Shown: positions 52,149 through 61,582, numbered from the stretch's first letter. The stretch: 63,894 nucleotides of DNA from an uncultured Methanomassiliicoccaceae archaeon (GCA_964354665.1 CAYHAO010000002.1:8800-72693), one strand, 5' to 3'. Translations and numbers: made by a program. The notes: a model not told the origin generated them from the letters alone.

Positions 52149-54332
52149 ATGAGAATCGTCGTGCGTGGCATCGTCCAGGGGGTGGGATTCCGACCCACCG
52201 TGCACAGGGTGGCAACCGCCATGGGCCTGAACGGATACGTGCAGAACAAGGGCTCGAACGTGGTCATCGAGGTGGACCGAGAGGCGGACGAGTTCGTTAG
52301 AAGGCTGAAGGCCCAGCTTCCGCCACTGGCCAACATCGAGTCCATCGAGGTCGGGGAAGGCCTTTCCGCCAGCGGTCTCGGGAAAGGGTTCAGGATCGTG
52401 CCGAGCGAGAAAGGGACCAGAGGCGTGGGGATCCCTAATGACGTGGCGATCTGCGACCACTGTCGTTGGGAGCTCTTCGATCCTGAGGACAGGAGGTACC
52501 TCTATCCCTTCACCAACTGCACTGACTGCGGGGCGCGCTTCTCCATAATCGATGATCTGCCCTATGACCGGGACAAGACCTCCATGCGCGCCTTCCCCAT
52601 GTGCCAGGCATGCCGCGAAGAGTACGAGGACCCTTCAGACCGACGCTTTCACCATCAGACCATATCCTGCCCGCGCTGCGGCCCCACCTTCTATCTAATG
52701 GATAAAGAAGGGAAGAGGATGGAGGGGGGGCCGATACCCACCTTCGCCACCTTGCTGGAGGAGGGTGCCATAGGGGTCTGCAAGGGATGGGGCGGGATGC
52801 ACATCTGCTGTACTCTGGACACGTTGCCCAGGCTCCGCCTCTGGTACCGCAGGAAGGAGAAGCCCTTCGCGGTGATGGTGCGGGACATGGAATCCGTCCT
52901 CCGATACTCCCGACCTGATGACTTCGAGAAGGCGCATCTGCTCTCCAGCCATCGGCCGATCGTCCTGGTGCCGAAGCAAGAGAGCCAGGTCACAGAGCTG
53001 GTCTCCCCTGGCCTCAGCAACATCGGCCTCTTCCTGCCCTACACGGAGATGCAGACCCTCCTCTTCTCCTATCTCGATGAGGACGCCTTGGTCATGACCT
53101 CGGCGAACGTTCCGGGCGAGCCGATGGTCCTCCGGGACGAGGACGCGCTCTCGTTGGGCGCGGACTACTATCTGATGCACGACCGCGAGATCGTGAACCG
53201 CTGCGATGACTCGGTCCTCAGGACCTTCGGGCAGAGCACGTACTTCATACGCAAATCGCGGGGCCACATCCCTTCCTCCATCGACCTCAACCTGAAAGGA
53301 ACGGTGCTGGGGCTCGGGGCGCAGGAGCATATATCCGGGGCGGTGGCTCATGATGGACGTGCGCACCTGACGCAGTACATAGGCGACGGCTCCTCCTATG
53401 GGGTGATGGAGTTCCTGGAGAGCGCTTTGGAATACCAGATGAGGCTGCTGGGGATAAGCGGGTTCCAGGCGGTGGCCGTGGACCTGCACCCGGGCTACAG
53501 CAGCAGGCGCCTAGGGAAGAGAATGGCCGAGGAAAGGGGGGTGGAGCTGGTCGAGGTCCAGCACCACCACGCTCATGCTGCGGCCCTCATGGTCGATGCT
53601 GGCCTTGATGAGATGGTCGTGCTGACCTTGGACGGGACGGGTTATGGGGCAGATGGAGTGGCATGGGGGGGCGAGGTACTCCATTCCGATCTCGGTTCTT
53701 ACAAGCGCGTAGGGCACCTGCAGGAGTTCCCCTTGCTCGGCGGTGAGAAGGCGGTCCATGACGTCCGCCGCCTGGCCTTTGCCCTGGGGGAGATGGGCGG
53801 GCTCAGAACCGACCATTTCGATGACCGCGAGGCCGAGGTCATGCGCAAGATGGCGTCGTCAGCCCCGCGCACCACCGCCATGGGCAGGTTGCTGGACGCG
53901 ATCTCCTGCCAGCTGGAGGTGTGCAATTACCGCACATACGACGGGGAGCCGGCCATGAAGCTGGAGCGCCTCCTGGAAAGGGGCAAGGACTCTGTCCCCA
54001 TCCCCATCGCTCGTTCAGGGAACGTGATCCAGACCGCAGAAATGTTCAGGGCCATGGTCGAGGGCAAGGGCAGCCGGGAGGACAAGGCGCACTCCTTGGT
54101 CAAGGCAGTGATGCAGGGACTGGTGGACATCGCGGTCGAGGAGGCCGAGAGCAAAGGGGTGCCGAGCATAGGCATCAGCGGCGGCGTCTCCTATAACCAC
54201 ACCATAAGCTACATGGCGAAGCAGCTCATCGAGGCCCGTGGCCTAAGGTTCGTCTGCCATGACCGATTGCCTAATGGGGACGGGTGCATTGCCGCCGGGC
54301 AATGCGCGATAGCATTGAAAAGGATGAAGTGA
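52149..54332 (+). CDS. hypF: [NiFe]-hydrogenase maturation carbamoyltransferase HypF
   Basis: Acylphosphatase domain (…VRGIVQGVGFRPTVHRVA…). Two Zn-finger pairs (CDHC…CTDCGARFS…CQAC…CPRCGP). YrdC-like and Kae1-like domains. 727 aa. Confidence 0.92.
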   Translation: MRIVVRGIVQGVGFRPTVHRVATAMGLNGYVQNKGSNVVIEVDREADEFVRRLKAQLPPLANIESIEVGEGLSASGLGKGFRIVPSEKGTRGVGIPNDVAICDHCRWELFDPEDRRYLYPFTNCTDCGARFSIIDDLPYDRDKTSMRAFPMCQACREEYEDPSDRRFHHQTISCPRCGPTFYLMDKEGKRMEGGPIPTFATLLEEGAIGVCKGWGGMHICCTLDTLPRLRLWYRRKEKPFAVMVRDMESVLRYSRPDDFEKAHLLSSHRPIVLVPKQESQVTELVSPGLSNIGLFLPYTEMQTLLFSYLDEDALVMTSANVPGEPMVLRDEDALSLGADYYLMHDREIVNRCDDSVLRTFGQSTYFIRKSRGHIPSSIDLNLKGTVLGLGAQEHISGAVAHDGRAHLTQYIGDGSSYGVMEFLESALEYQMRLLGISGFQAVAVDLHPGYSSRRLGKRMAEERGVELVEVQHHHAHAAALMVDAGLDEMVVLTLDGTGYGADGVAWGGEVLHSDLGSYKRVGHLQEFPLLGGEKAVHDVRRLAFALGEMGGLRTDHFDDREAEVMRKMASSAPRTTAMGRLLDAISCQLEVCNYRTYDGEPAMKLERLLERGKDSVPIPIARSGNVIQTAEMFRAMVEGKGSREDKAHSLVKAVMQGLVDIAVEEAESKGVPSIGISGGVSYNHTISYMAKQLIEARGLRFVCHDRLPNGDGCIAAGQCAIALKRMK

Positions 54333-54352
54333 ATCAGGTGGATGGCGTATCG

Positions 54353-55354
54353 ATGCACCGAAAGCTACGGACCTTGTTACTGACATCGCTCTTCCTCGTT
54401 TCACTTTCCCTATGCACCAATGCCGCGACCGCGCCCTCGCTCGCCGTCGGGACCGCACCCATGGCAGTGCCGATGACCGGGGTGGTGATCGATTCGCCCG
54501 TCAACGGCTCGCATCTGAGCGTTATGAACATCACTGTGAGCTGGCACATGATCGGGCCGGTCGCAGTGATCCAGTATTACCTGGTCAGCGTGGACGGGGG
54601 CGGTTGGATCAACAATTCCCTCCGCACCAGCATCACGCTGATAATGCCGCAGGACGGAGCCCACTCGGTGAGGGTGCAGGCCTGGACCGAGGTCGGGGCC
54701 GTCTTCTCGGACACGGTCCTCTTCGTCACGGACACCATTCCACCGTCGGTCATCGGTCATCTGCCCATCGGGACCGAGGTCCCCGCCTCCTCGGTGATCG
54801 TCATTTCCTTCTCCGAGGATATGAACCAGGGATCGGTGCTGGTTACCGGCATCCAAGGCAACTCGACCTGGGACGACCGGATATTGACGCTCACGCCATA
54901 CGAGCCGCTCCTGCTGGAACATAATTACATCATCACGGTCTATGGCCAGGACCTGGCAGGGAACAACCTCACCTGGTTCGCGTGGAGCTTCAGCACCTCC
55001 AACCTCGGGTCGGTCAAAGGTCAGGTTCGTGACGACCGCGATTCCACGGTTTCGGGGGCGGACGTGCTCCTGATATCCAATGGCGACGTGGTCGCTGAGA
55101 CCACGACCGATGCTAACGGCCGATTCCAATTGAGCGCCCCGGCCGGCACCTACAATCTGTCCATCTCCAAGTCCGACATAATCGCAAAGACCGTTCCCGT
55201 CGAGATATCGGTCGGTGAAGAGGTCGACCTCGGCGTGTTGGAGGTGCAGCTGGTCTCTGATTACGCATGGTTGCTGATTAATGCGGTCATCGTTATCGGG
55301 GCGGTGGGCCTTTTCTTTGTGGGCAACAGGAACCAGCGGCTCAGAAGGAAGTGA
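54353..55354 (+). CDS. Cell-surface protein: signal peptide, Ig-like domains (SbsA/Big_5-like), carboxypeptidase-regulatory-like domain, C-terminal TM anchor
   Basis: ATG at 54353 (MHRKLRTLLLTSLFLVSLSLCTNA). …DTIPPSVIGHLPIGTEVPASSVIVISFSEDMNQGSV…DLAGNNL… …GSVKGQVRDDRDSTVSGADVLL…TTDANGRFQLSAPAGTYNL… The tail is …VIVIGAVGLFFVGNRNQRLRRK. Confidence 0.75.
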   Translation: MHRKLRTLLLTSLFLVSLSLCTNAATAPSLAVGTAPMAVPMTGVVIDSPVNGSHLSVMNITVSWHMIGPVAVIQYYLVSVDGGGWINNSLRTSITLIMPQDGAHSVRVQAWTEVGAVFSDTVLFVTDTIPPSVIGHLPIGTEVPASSVIVISFSEDMNQGSVLVTGIQGNSTWDDRILTLTPYEPLLLEHNYIITVYGQDLAGNNLTWFAWSFSTSNLGSVKGQVRDDRDSTVSGADVLLISNGDVVAETTTDANGRFQLSAPAGTYNLSISKSDIIAKTVPVEISVGEEVDLGVLEVQLVSDYAWLLINAVIVIGAVGLFFVGNRNQRLRRK

Positions 55355-55357
55355 GCC

Positions 55358-56020
55358 CTACCCCTCCTTATCTGGTGCTTCCATTCCGACCAGCCTCTCG
55401 TCGGGGAATCTGGTGGTAGGGAAGGAGAAGTGCATGTGGCGGAAAACCCAACTGCCCTCGTACCTCTCCAACACCGCGCTGAACCTCATGGGCCATATGT
55501 AGCGCTCCCCCATCATCATCTCCATGACCACATTGGAGGCCCCCCGGGCGATCTCCGCCACCTTCTCCTTGGCGCTGAGGTCGCCGTCCACTACCGCCCT
55601 GACGTACTTCAGGTGGTTCTCGCACACTTGCTCGTCGGACATCACCTTCTCCACGAAGCCGTTGCTCTCGACCCAGGCCACGTCCCCGACCGCCTCTATT
55701 TTGGCCATGGCCACATTGAAATAGACGCTCCCCCAGTTCCTCCAATCGTTCTCCAGCAGCTTCCTAACCCCATCGCTGTTGCGAGGCCACTCCGTGTCCT
55801 CGGGCAGCAGGCCGCTGGTCCCGATGATGGTGATGAGACCATCGGATGGGAACAGCTCCTTCATGTAATAGTCAAGGGAGGTCAGGTTCCTCTTGAGGTA
55901 GCCGTCCTGCAGCTTCTGCAGGACCTGCCTTACCTGCTCCGCGTCCGTGGTTCTCGTCTTCGAGCTCCGGGGCATGGAACATGGAAGGGATGGAGGGGCA
56001 GTTACATCTTTCGAAGGCAC
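55358..56020 (-). CDS. NTF2-like (SnoaL/DUF4440-type) fold protein, hypothetical
   Basis: GTG at 56020 or ATG at 55975. Pattern …VRQVLQKLQDGYLKRNLTSLDYYM…VAWVESNGFV…RFSAVLERYEGSWVFRHMHFS. Last gene of the ECF operon strand block. Confidence 0.5.
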   Translation of the reverse strand: MPSKDVTAPPSLPCSMPRSSKTRTTDAEQVRQVLQKLQDGYLKRNLTSLDYYMKELFPSDGLITIIGTSGLLPEDTEWPRNSDGVRKLLENDWRNWGSVYFNVAMAKIEAVGDVAWVESNGFVEKVMSDEQVCENHLKYVRAVVDGDLSAKEKVAEIARGASNVVMEMMMGERYIWPMRFSAVLERYEGSWVFRHMHFSFPTTRFPDERLVGMEAPDKEG

Positions 56021-56052
56021 ATCCCGAGCTCATGCAGGCAATGGAGCGGTCA

Positions 56053-56781
56053 TTAGGATGCCTCAGCGCCGCTGGGGGAATTGGCGCCGTAGGTGACCCG
56101 GAAGCGCTTCTGGAAGCGCTTGAACAACACGAGCACGGGCTTGCCCAGGGCGATGGCGAAGATAACGTTCCCTGTGATATGCAAGAGCCCGAAGGGCAGG
56201 CCAGCTATCAATGTAGGGATCAGCAGGTCGGGGTCGCAGCGGTAGAAGACGATCCAGCTGCTGAAGTCCATCAGGGTGTTGTAGGCCATCCCCAATATTA
56301 TGCCCAGGAGGATGACCTCCCGGACGCCAGCATCGGGGTGGCGCTTCCCGTAGTAGCCTGCGACCAGCCCGACCATGGCCCAGGCCATCATCTCCCATGG
56401 CGTCCAAGGGCCCTGCCCGAAGAACATGTTGCTCACGGCCGCGGTCATGGAGCCGACCATGGCCCCGGCCAAGGATCCGAACACCAGTCCCACGCAGATG
56501 ATCAGGAAGGTGCAAGGCTTGATGTTGGGGAGGGCGGCGAACGGGATGCGCGAGGCAGCGGTGATGGCCGCGAGTATGCCGATGAGCGCGACCTCCTTGG
56601 AACTGATCTTGGACTCCTCGAACTTGGCGAAGAGCACCGCGAGGATGAAGAAGACCAACATGATGGAGAGGAAGGCGGCGTAGTCCGCCAGCAGCGAGGT
56701 GGATACCACGCCCACGGCCACGATCGCCACGGCCGTGACCACCGCCCCCAGGCTCAACAGCAGGCTGGCCTTTATCCTCAT
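56053..56781 (-). CDS. ECF transporter substrate-specific (S) component, 6 TM
   Basis: The ATG at 56781 is 1 nt after the ATPase stop. Hydrophobic core with …IPFAALPNIKPCTFLIICVGLVFG…NMFFGQGPWTPWEMMAWAMVGLVAGYY…. Confidence 0.6.
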   Translation of the reverse strand: MRIKASLLLSLGAVVTAVAIVAVGVVSTSLLADYAAFLSIMLVFFILAVLFAKFEESKISSKEVALIGILAAITAASRIPFAALPNIKPCTFLIICVGLVFGSLAGAMVGSMTAAVSNMFFGQGPWTPWEMMAWAMVGLVAGYYGKRHPDAGVREVILLGIILGMAYNTLMDFSSWIVFYRCDPDLLIPTLIAGLPFGLLHITGNVIFAIALGKPVLVLFKRFQKRFRVTYGANSPSGAEAS

Positions 56782-56782
56782 C

Positions 56783-58243
56783 TCAGGCCTCCACGCATAT
56801 CGAGCTCTTGGCGAGGTCAATGATGCTGTCCAAGGGCATGTCCGCCAGGCGCCCTTCCTCCAGTTTCATGACCCGGGTGGCGTGCTCTGCCACGAACCGG
56901 TAGTCGTGCGTGACCAGGATGGTGGTCATGCCCTGTTCGCGCAACGCGTCCAGGATGGAGGCCATCTTCTCCTTGTTCCCATAGTCCAGGCCCCTGGTGG
57001 GCTCATCGAGCACCAGGATCCTCGGCTTGCCGACGATGACCGAGGCCAGGGCCGCCCTCTCGCGCTCGCCGCAGCTCAGGTCCCGGGGGAACATCTCCCT
57101 GTAACGCTCCAGGTCTAGCACCTTGAGGGACCAGTCGATCCTCTCCTTCCACTGCCGATGGTCGATGCTCAGGCTCTTCAGGGTGAACTCCAATTCCTTG
57201 GTCAGCGTCGCCTCGAACAGGTAGTTGTTCGGGTTCTGTCCCAGATACCCTATCTGGTTGGCAAGGCTGGCCGTCGTGGCCTTCTCGATGTCCTTGCCCA
57301 TCAGCACGACCCTTCCGGCCTTGGGCCTCAACAGCCCGTTCAGGTGCTTCAGGAGCGTCGACTTGCCACAGCCGTTGGCACCGACGATGGCCACGATCTC
57401 CTGGGACCTGACGTCGAGGCTTAGATCCTTCAGGATCTTGGTCTCCCCGTAGGCGAAGTCGAGGGATTGCGCGGACAGGACCACCGAGGAGTGCCCTTCG
57501 TTCCCGGTCTTCCTGCTGAAGTCGGCGATCAGGCCTTTCTGTTTCAAGGCCAGCATCAGCTCCTTCGGCTTCCCGTCCAGGATGATGCGACCTTCCTCCA
57601 TGAGTATGATCCTCCGAGCATGGCGCAGGCAGCGCTCAAGGCGATGCTCGACGATGATGATGGTGATCCCCTGCTCACGGTTGAGGCGGTTGAGGAAATC
57701 GAGGAAGAGCACGGCCGTCTCCTCATCCAATTGGGAGGTCGGCTCGTCCAGGACGATGTACTTGGGCCTCATGGCCAGCACCGAGGCCAACGCCACCTTC
57801 TGCTTCTCGCCCCCGGAGAGCTCGGGGATGAAGCGCTTGAAGAAGCGCTGCAGGTCGAAGTAGCTTGAGAGCTGAGCCACCCGGGAATGCATTTCCTCCC
57901 TTGACAAGGCGAGGTTCTCCATCCCGAAGGCCATCTCATTCTCCACATTGGTCATGACCAGTTGGTTCTCTGGGTCTTGGAAGACCATGCCGATGATGCC
58001 TGCCAACTTCGCAGGGGGGGTGTGACGTGTCTCCTGACCGTCTACGGAGACGCTGCCTTCGATGTTGCCACCATAGAAGTGGGGGATCAACCCGTTCATC
58101 GCCCGGCACAGCGTCGACTTTCCACACCCGGAAGGACCGACGAGTATCACGAACTCGCCCTCCCTGACCTCCAGGCTAACATCCCTCAGCGAAGGCTTGC
58201 CCGTTCCCCCGTAGGTGAATGTGAACCGGTCCATGCGGATCAT
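56783..58243 (-). CDS. ecfA: ECF transporter fused tandem ATPase (EcfA-EcfA')
   Basis: Two ABC cassettes: GPSGCGKST / LSGGEKQKVALA / VLDEPTSQLD and GANGCGKST / LSCGERERAALA / VLDEPTRGLD. Confidence 0.88.
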   Translation of the reverse strand: MIRMDRFTFTYGGTGKPSLRDVSLEVREGEFVILVGPSGCGKSTLCRAMNGLIPHFYGGNIEGSVSVDGQETRHTPPAKLAGIIGMVFQDPENQLVMTNVENEMAFGMENLALSREEMHSRVAQLSSYFDLQRFFKRFIPELSGGEKQKVALASVLAMRPKYIVLDEPTSQLDEETAVLFLDFLNRLNREQGITIIIVEHRLERCLRHARRIILMEEGRIILDGKPKELMLALKQKGLIADFSRKTGNEGHSSVVLSAQSLDFAYGETKILKDLSLDVRSQEIVAIVGANGCGKSTLLKHLNGLLRPKAGRVVLMGKDIEKATTASLANQIGYLGQNPNNYLFEATLTKELEFTLKSLSIDHRQWKERIDWSLKVLDLERYREMFPRDLSCGERERAALASVIVGKPRILVLDEPTRGLDYGNKEKMASILDALREQGMTTILVTHDYRFVAEHATRVMKLEEGRLADMPLDSIIDLAKSSICVEA

Positions 58244-59112
58244 TTCTTCGCCCCCAGCAATATCGGCGTGAAGAGAAGCACTTCCACCGCCACGACCAGA
58301 ATGTCCGTGGAGGATACGGTGAGCGTAGAGCCGGCGAGGTAGTTGGCGTTACCATAGCTGAGGATGAACATGGCCAGCCCGAACGGCAACGCAGCCAGGG
58401 CGAGGTACATGATCGCCTTCTCCCTTCTGGAGATGACCGGATCATAATAGGACGTCCTCCTTCTGGCCCCGAAGCCCCTTGCCTCCATGGCCTCGGCGAC
58501 CTCCATGGAGCGGTCCATGGAGTTCAGCAGCAGCGGCATCATCACCGGCGCCCTTGCCTTCGCCTTGGCGATGAAGTTGCCTTTATCGAACTCCACGCCT
58601 CTGGCCTTCATCGCGTCCTCGATGTTGCCCGAATCGGCCGCTATCGTGGGATACATCCTAGTGGCTATGGACAGCACGGTCATCGATTTCACTCCGAAGC
58701 GGGAGAGTATCTTGAGCAGGTCATCCGGGTGGACGGTGAACGTCAACACGGAAAAGGCGACGATGGCCAGGAAAAGGCGGAGGCTCATCGAAGTGGCGAA
58801 AAGTATGGACTCCTGCGTCACCTGGATGATCCATATGGTGAAGATGACGGTGCTGCCCTGTGAGAACAAGATGCTGAAGAGGAAGAGGAAGGCCGCGACA
58901 TAGACGGTGTACTTAAGCAGGCTGAGGGTGGCGCGAAGCACCTTGGCCACCGTCACCACCAGCATCGCGAACGCCAGGAACACGGCCAGGTAGAATATGT
59001 CCGAGATGAGGATGGAGAGCATGAAGATGGCCAGCACGAACGCTATCTTCGGCCTTGCATCCATGCGATGGATGCGGGAGTCTTTGTCCTGGTAAGGGAA
59101 GAGTAGCGGCAT
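58240..59112 (-). CDS. ecfT: ECF transporter transmembrane (T) component, CbiQ family
   Basis: N-terminal …HRMDARPKIAFVLAI… and the two coupling-helix Ala-Arg-Gly motifs (AMKARGVEF, AMEARGFGA). Overlaps the ecfA start by 4 nt. Confidence 0.85.
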   Translation of the reverse strand: MPLLFPYQDKDSRIHRMDARPKIAFVLAIFMLSILISDIFYLAVFLAFAMLVVTVAKVLRATLSLLKYTVYVAAFLFLFSILFSQGSTVIFTIWIIQVTQESILFATSMSLRLFLAIVAFSVLTFTVHPDDLLKILSRFGVKSMTVLSIATRMYPTIAADSGNIEDAMKARGVEFDKGNFIAKAKARAPVMMPLLLNSMDRSMEVAEAMEARGFGARRRTSYYDPVISRREKAIMYLALAALPFGLAMFILSYGNANYLAGSTLTVSSTDILVVAVEVLLFTPILLGAKK

Positions 59113-59118
59113 TGGTGC

Positions 59119-59619
59119 TCAACCGGCCAAGGGCATGTACTTCCATTCCACGTTATCGCCGTTGGCGATGCTGATCACATTGCAGGCACGGCTCCCATAG
59201 ACGCCGTTCAAATAGAATTGCCATCCTGGCCCGCCTCCAACCTGGTTGGTGAGACCGGCAATGGACGTGACCAGCAGGCCCAGGGTTTGGTTCTGGGTCT
59301 TCACTTCGAAATCGGCGATGGACGCTGCCTCGATGAGCTGCAGATAGCAGTTCGAGCCGCTGGTGATGTTCTTGAATGTCCAGACCGAGTGGCCGGAGTT
59401 CGCCTCCGTCGTTGCCTGCCAATCCCCATCGACCATCTCCCATGTCGTTGCATTCCCTGGATTCAAGGGAGCATCGGTGTCTATGAAATCTATGGTCAGG
59501 GTGGTGGTCACATCCTCTTCCGAGCCCCCTAGATCAGGGAAGGCGAAGGCGGCGATGATCACTATTATAACGGCCACGATGGCGATCAGTACCAGGTCGG
59601 TTCTCTTCAGCTTGCTCAT
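59119..59619 (-). CDS. Membrane-anchored DUF4430 (transcobalamin/intrinsic-factor C-terminal-like) domain protein
   Basis: N-terminal TM anchor (LVLIAIVAVIIVIIAAFAF). DUF4430 signature …LLVTSIAGLTNQVGGGPGWQFYLNGVYGSRACNVISIANGDNVEWKY… The ATG overlaps the stop of the upstream gene (ATGA). Confidence 0.72.
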   Translation of the reverse strand: MSKLKRTDLVLIAIVAVIIVIIAAFAFPDLGGSEEDVTTTLTIDFIDTDAPLNPGNATTWEMVDGDWQATTEANSGHSVWTFKNITSGSNCYLQLIEAASIADFEVKTQNQTLGLLVTSIAGLTNQVGGGPGWQFYLNGVYGSRACNVISIANGDNVEWKYMPLAG

Positions 59620-61526
59620 GTGGCCCTCCTGCGCATGAGCACGACCGCTACCACCACCACGATCGCGACTATCCCCAAGGCGGCTACGATTAGCAGCATG
59701 GTGTCATCGTCCGTGGGCTGGGTGGACTCGATGCTTGCGAAGCCCGTCACTGAGGAGGACTGACCCGCAGGGTTGGTGATGGTGAGGGTGACCGTATAGT
59801 TGCCTTCCTGGGCGTAGGTGTGGCTTACTGTCCAGCCTGTGCTCGTGTTGCCGTCGCCGAAGTCCCAGGCATATTCGAACAGGCTGGAGCCTACCACGGA
59901 ACTAACCGCGAAGTCGACCTTCTTGCCGTCGGTGGTCTTCGTGAAAGAGGCTGCAGGAGGAGCCACGCTGTTCAGGGAGAAGGCGTACACGTGCCCGTTG
60001 TCCGATGAGACGTAGAGCATTCCATCGGCCACGGTGGGCGCGCTCAGCGCATACTGGGCGGGCTCAAGGGGCATCTGCCAGTAGAGCTCTCCCGACTCGC
60101 TTATGGCCAACAGACGGCTCTGCTCCTCGTTGGTCACCAGGAATATGGTCCCATCCACGCAGGTGGGGGCTGCCCCGGCGAACTGTGTTCCTAGGGATAG
60201 ATTCCAAAGCTTCTGACCGGTGAAGCTCACCATGTGAAGGTCGGTGGCGGTGATGGACGCGAGACCATCGCTGGACAAAACAGGAGATGCGGGCGAAGGA
60301 CCAATTTCGACATAATCCGTAACATCTCCGGTGAAGCTAACCCAAGCCAGACCACCGTTGGTGGCGGACGCTCCAGAATAGTTGGTGTAGGTAACCACCA
60401 CCGAGGAGCCCATGACTAGCGGGAAGCCACGTATCTTCCCTCCCACCGGAGCGCTCCACTCCTCAGTGCCGTTGTTGGCGTAGAAGGCGTGAAGCTTCCC
60501 ATCCTCAGCCCCGATGTAAATGATCCCATCCCAGGCAGCGGGAGAGGACGAGTAGATGGCGGTGGCGACGGTGCTGTTCCAAGCCTCCGATCCGTCGTCG
60601 TGCAGGGCAAAGAGCTTGCCATCACCAGAGGCCACATAGATCAATCCGCGATAGGCGATTGGTGAGGGTGCGCCATACACCGTGCCCGATTTGCTGTCGA
60701 AGTCCCATTGAGGGTCGCCGGAACCGGCATCGAAGGCATAGATCCTGCCGTTGGCCGAAGGGACGATTAGAAGTCCGCCATAGATCAGCGGGGAACCGAC
60801 TTGATAGCCGCTGCCTATCTCCTGGCTCCACACGATCCCGTCTGATGAGTTGAGGCAAAAGACGGTCGAGTTGGTGTCATAACCGAAGGTGGTGAAGTTC
60901 AGCACACCGCTTGTGACAACATACTGTAATCCATTCGCGCTCACGATCGGAGCGTCGATGGCACCATTGTCCAGGCCAAGATCCCATTTCATAGAGATGT
61001 TATTGGGAGCGTAGGCGGCTTGTGCGCCGGTGTTCATGTTATCGTGTCGGTAGCTGGTCCAGGGATAGCGATTTTCGGGGGTGGCGGCGGGGGTCAGAGT
61101 CCATGAGGCGTAGTACGTCCAGGTAATGGCTGATACGCTATTGGCGGGCGTTGCGGAGGCTCCTACCCATGAGGCCTCCCAGACCCCCGTCTCCGAGTTC
61201 CATGTCCAGAAGGCCCAGTACTCCCCGGTATCTGGGTTCCAGCCAGCAATCGAATTATTGTCCCCGATGCCGTTGATCGAGTTGATCGACCAACCGAATG
61301 AGGAGTTGGTGGCGTTCACGATTAAGCCCAGCTGATCAGCCGCATGCATAGTGGTGTCGAATGCGGTCATGCCTGGGGTCACCTCGACGTCGATCCAGGC
61401 GTTCTGTCCGTTCCCGAAATCGAACTGAACCGCACAGGTGTCGGATGTTGCAGCTTGGGCTGGAATGGCCAATGATAACATCAGTAACAAGGAAGTTAGC
61501 GCAAGGATACCGAGCCTCAAATTCAA
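59616..61526 (-). CDS. Surface protein: signal peptide, DUF4430-like N-domain, PQQ-type beta-propeller, PKD domain, C-terminal TM anchor
   Basis: TTG start at 61526 (MNLRLGILALTSLLLMLSLAIPAQA). N-domain …FGWSINSINGIG…YWAFWTWNSETGVWEASWVGAS…ITWTY. Repeated …G.(I/L)YA(F/L)D…G…W blades (GRIYAFDAGSGDPQW, GKLFALHDDGSEAW, GKLHAFYANNGTEEW, GHVYAFS). PKD motif WDFGDGNTSTGWTVSHTYAQEGNYTVTLTITN. Tail …VVVVAVVLMRRRAT. Confidence 0.8.
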   Translation of the reverse strand: MNLRLGILALTSLLLMLSLAIPAQAATSDTCAVQFDFGNGQNAWIDVEVTPGMTAFDTTMHAADQLGLIVNATNSSFGWSINSINGIGDNNSIAGWNPDTGEYWAFWTWNSETGVWEASWVGASATPANSVSAITWTYYASWTLTPAATPENRYPWTSYRHDNMNTGAQAAYAPNNISMKWDLGLDNGAIDAPIVSANGLQYVVTSGVLNFTTFGYDTNSTVFCLNSSDGIVWSQEIGSGYQVGSPLIYGGLLIVPSANGRIYAFDAGSGDPQWDFDSKSGTVYGAPSPIAYRGLIYVASGDGKLFALHDDGSEAWNSTVATAIYSSSPAAWDGIIYIGAEDGKLHAFYANNGTEEWSAPVGGKIRGFPLVMGSSVVVTYTNYSGASATNGGLAWVSFTGDVTDYVEIGPSPASPVLSSDGLASITATDLHMVSFTGQKLWNLSLGTQFAGAAPTCVDGTIFLVTNEEQSRLLAISESGELYWQMPLEPAQYALSAPTVADGMLYVSSDNGHVYAFSLNSVAPPAASFTKTTDGKKVDFAVSSVVGSSLFEYAWDFGDGNTSTGWTVSHTYAQEGNYTVTLTITNPAGQSSSVTGFASIESTQPTDDDTMLLIVAALGIVAIVVVVAVVLMRRRAT

Positions 61527-61547
61527 TCCCTCTCTTTTATTACCAGT

Positions 61548-61582
61548 CAGTATGAGTTGGATATATCATCCAACTGATACAG
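61548..61582. promoter_or_regulatory. 35-bp near-perfect palindrome (8-bp perfect core, 13/15 extended arms) just upstream of the DUF4430/ECF operon; candidate operator overlapping a TATA-like centre
   Basis: CAGTATGAGTTGGAT-atatc-ATCCAACTGATACAG. The core AGTTGGAT (61555..61562) pairs with ATCCAACT (61568..61575). Lies 22-56 nt upstream of the TTG start at 61526. Confidence 0.45.
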
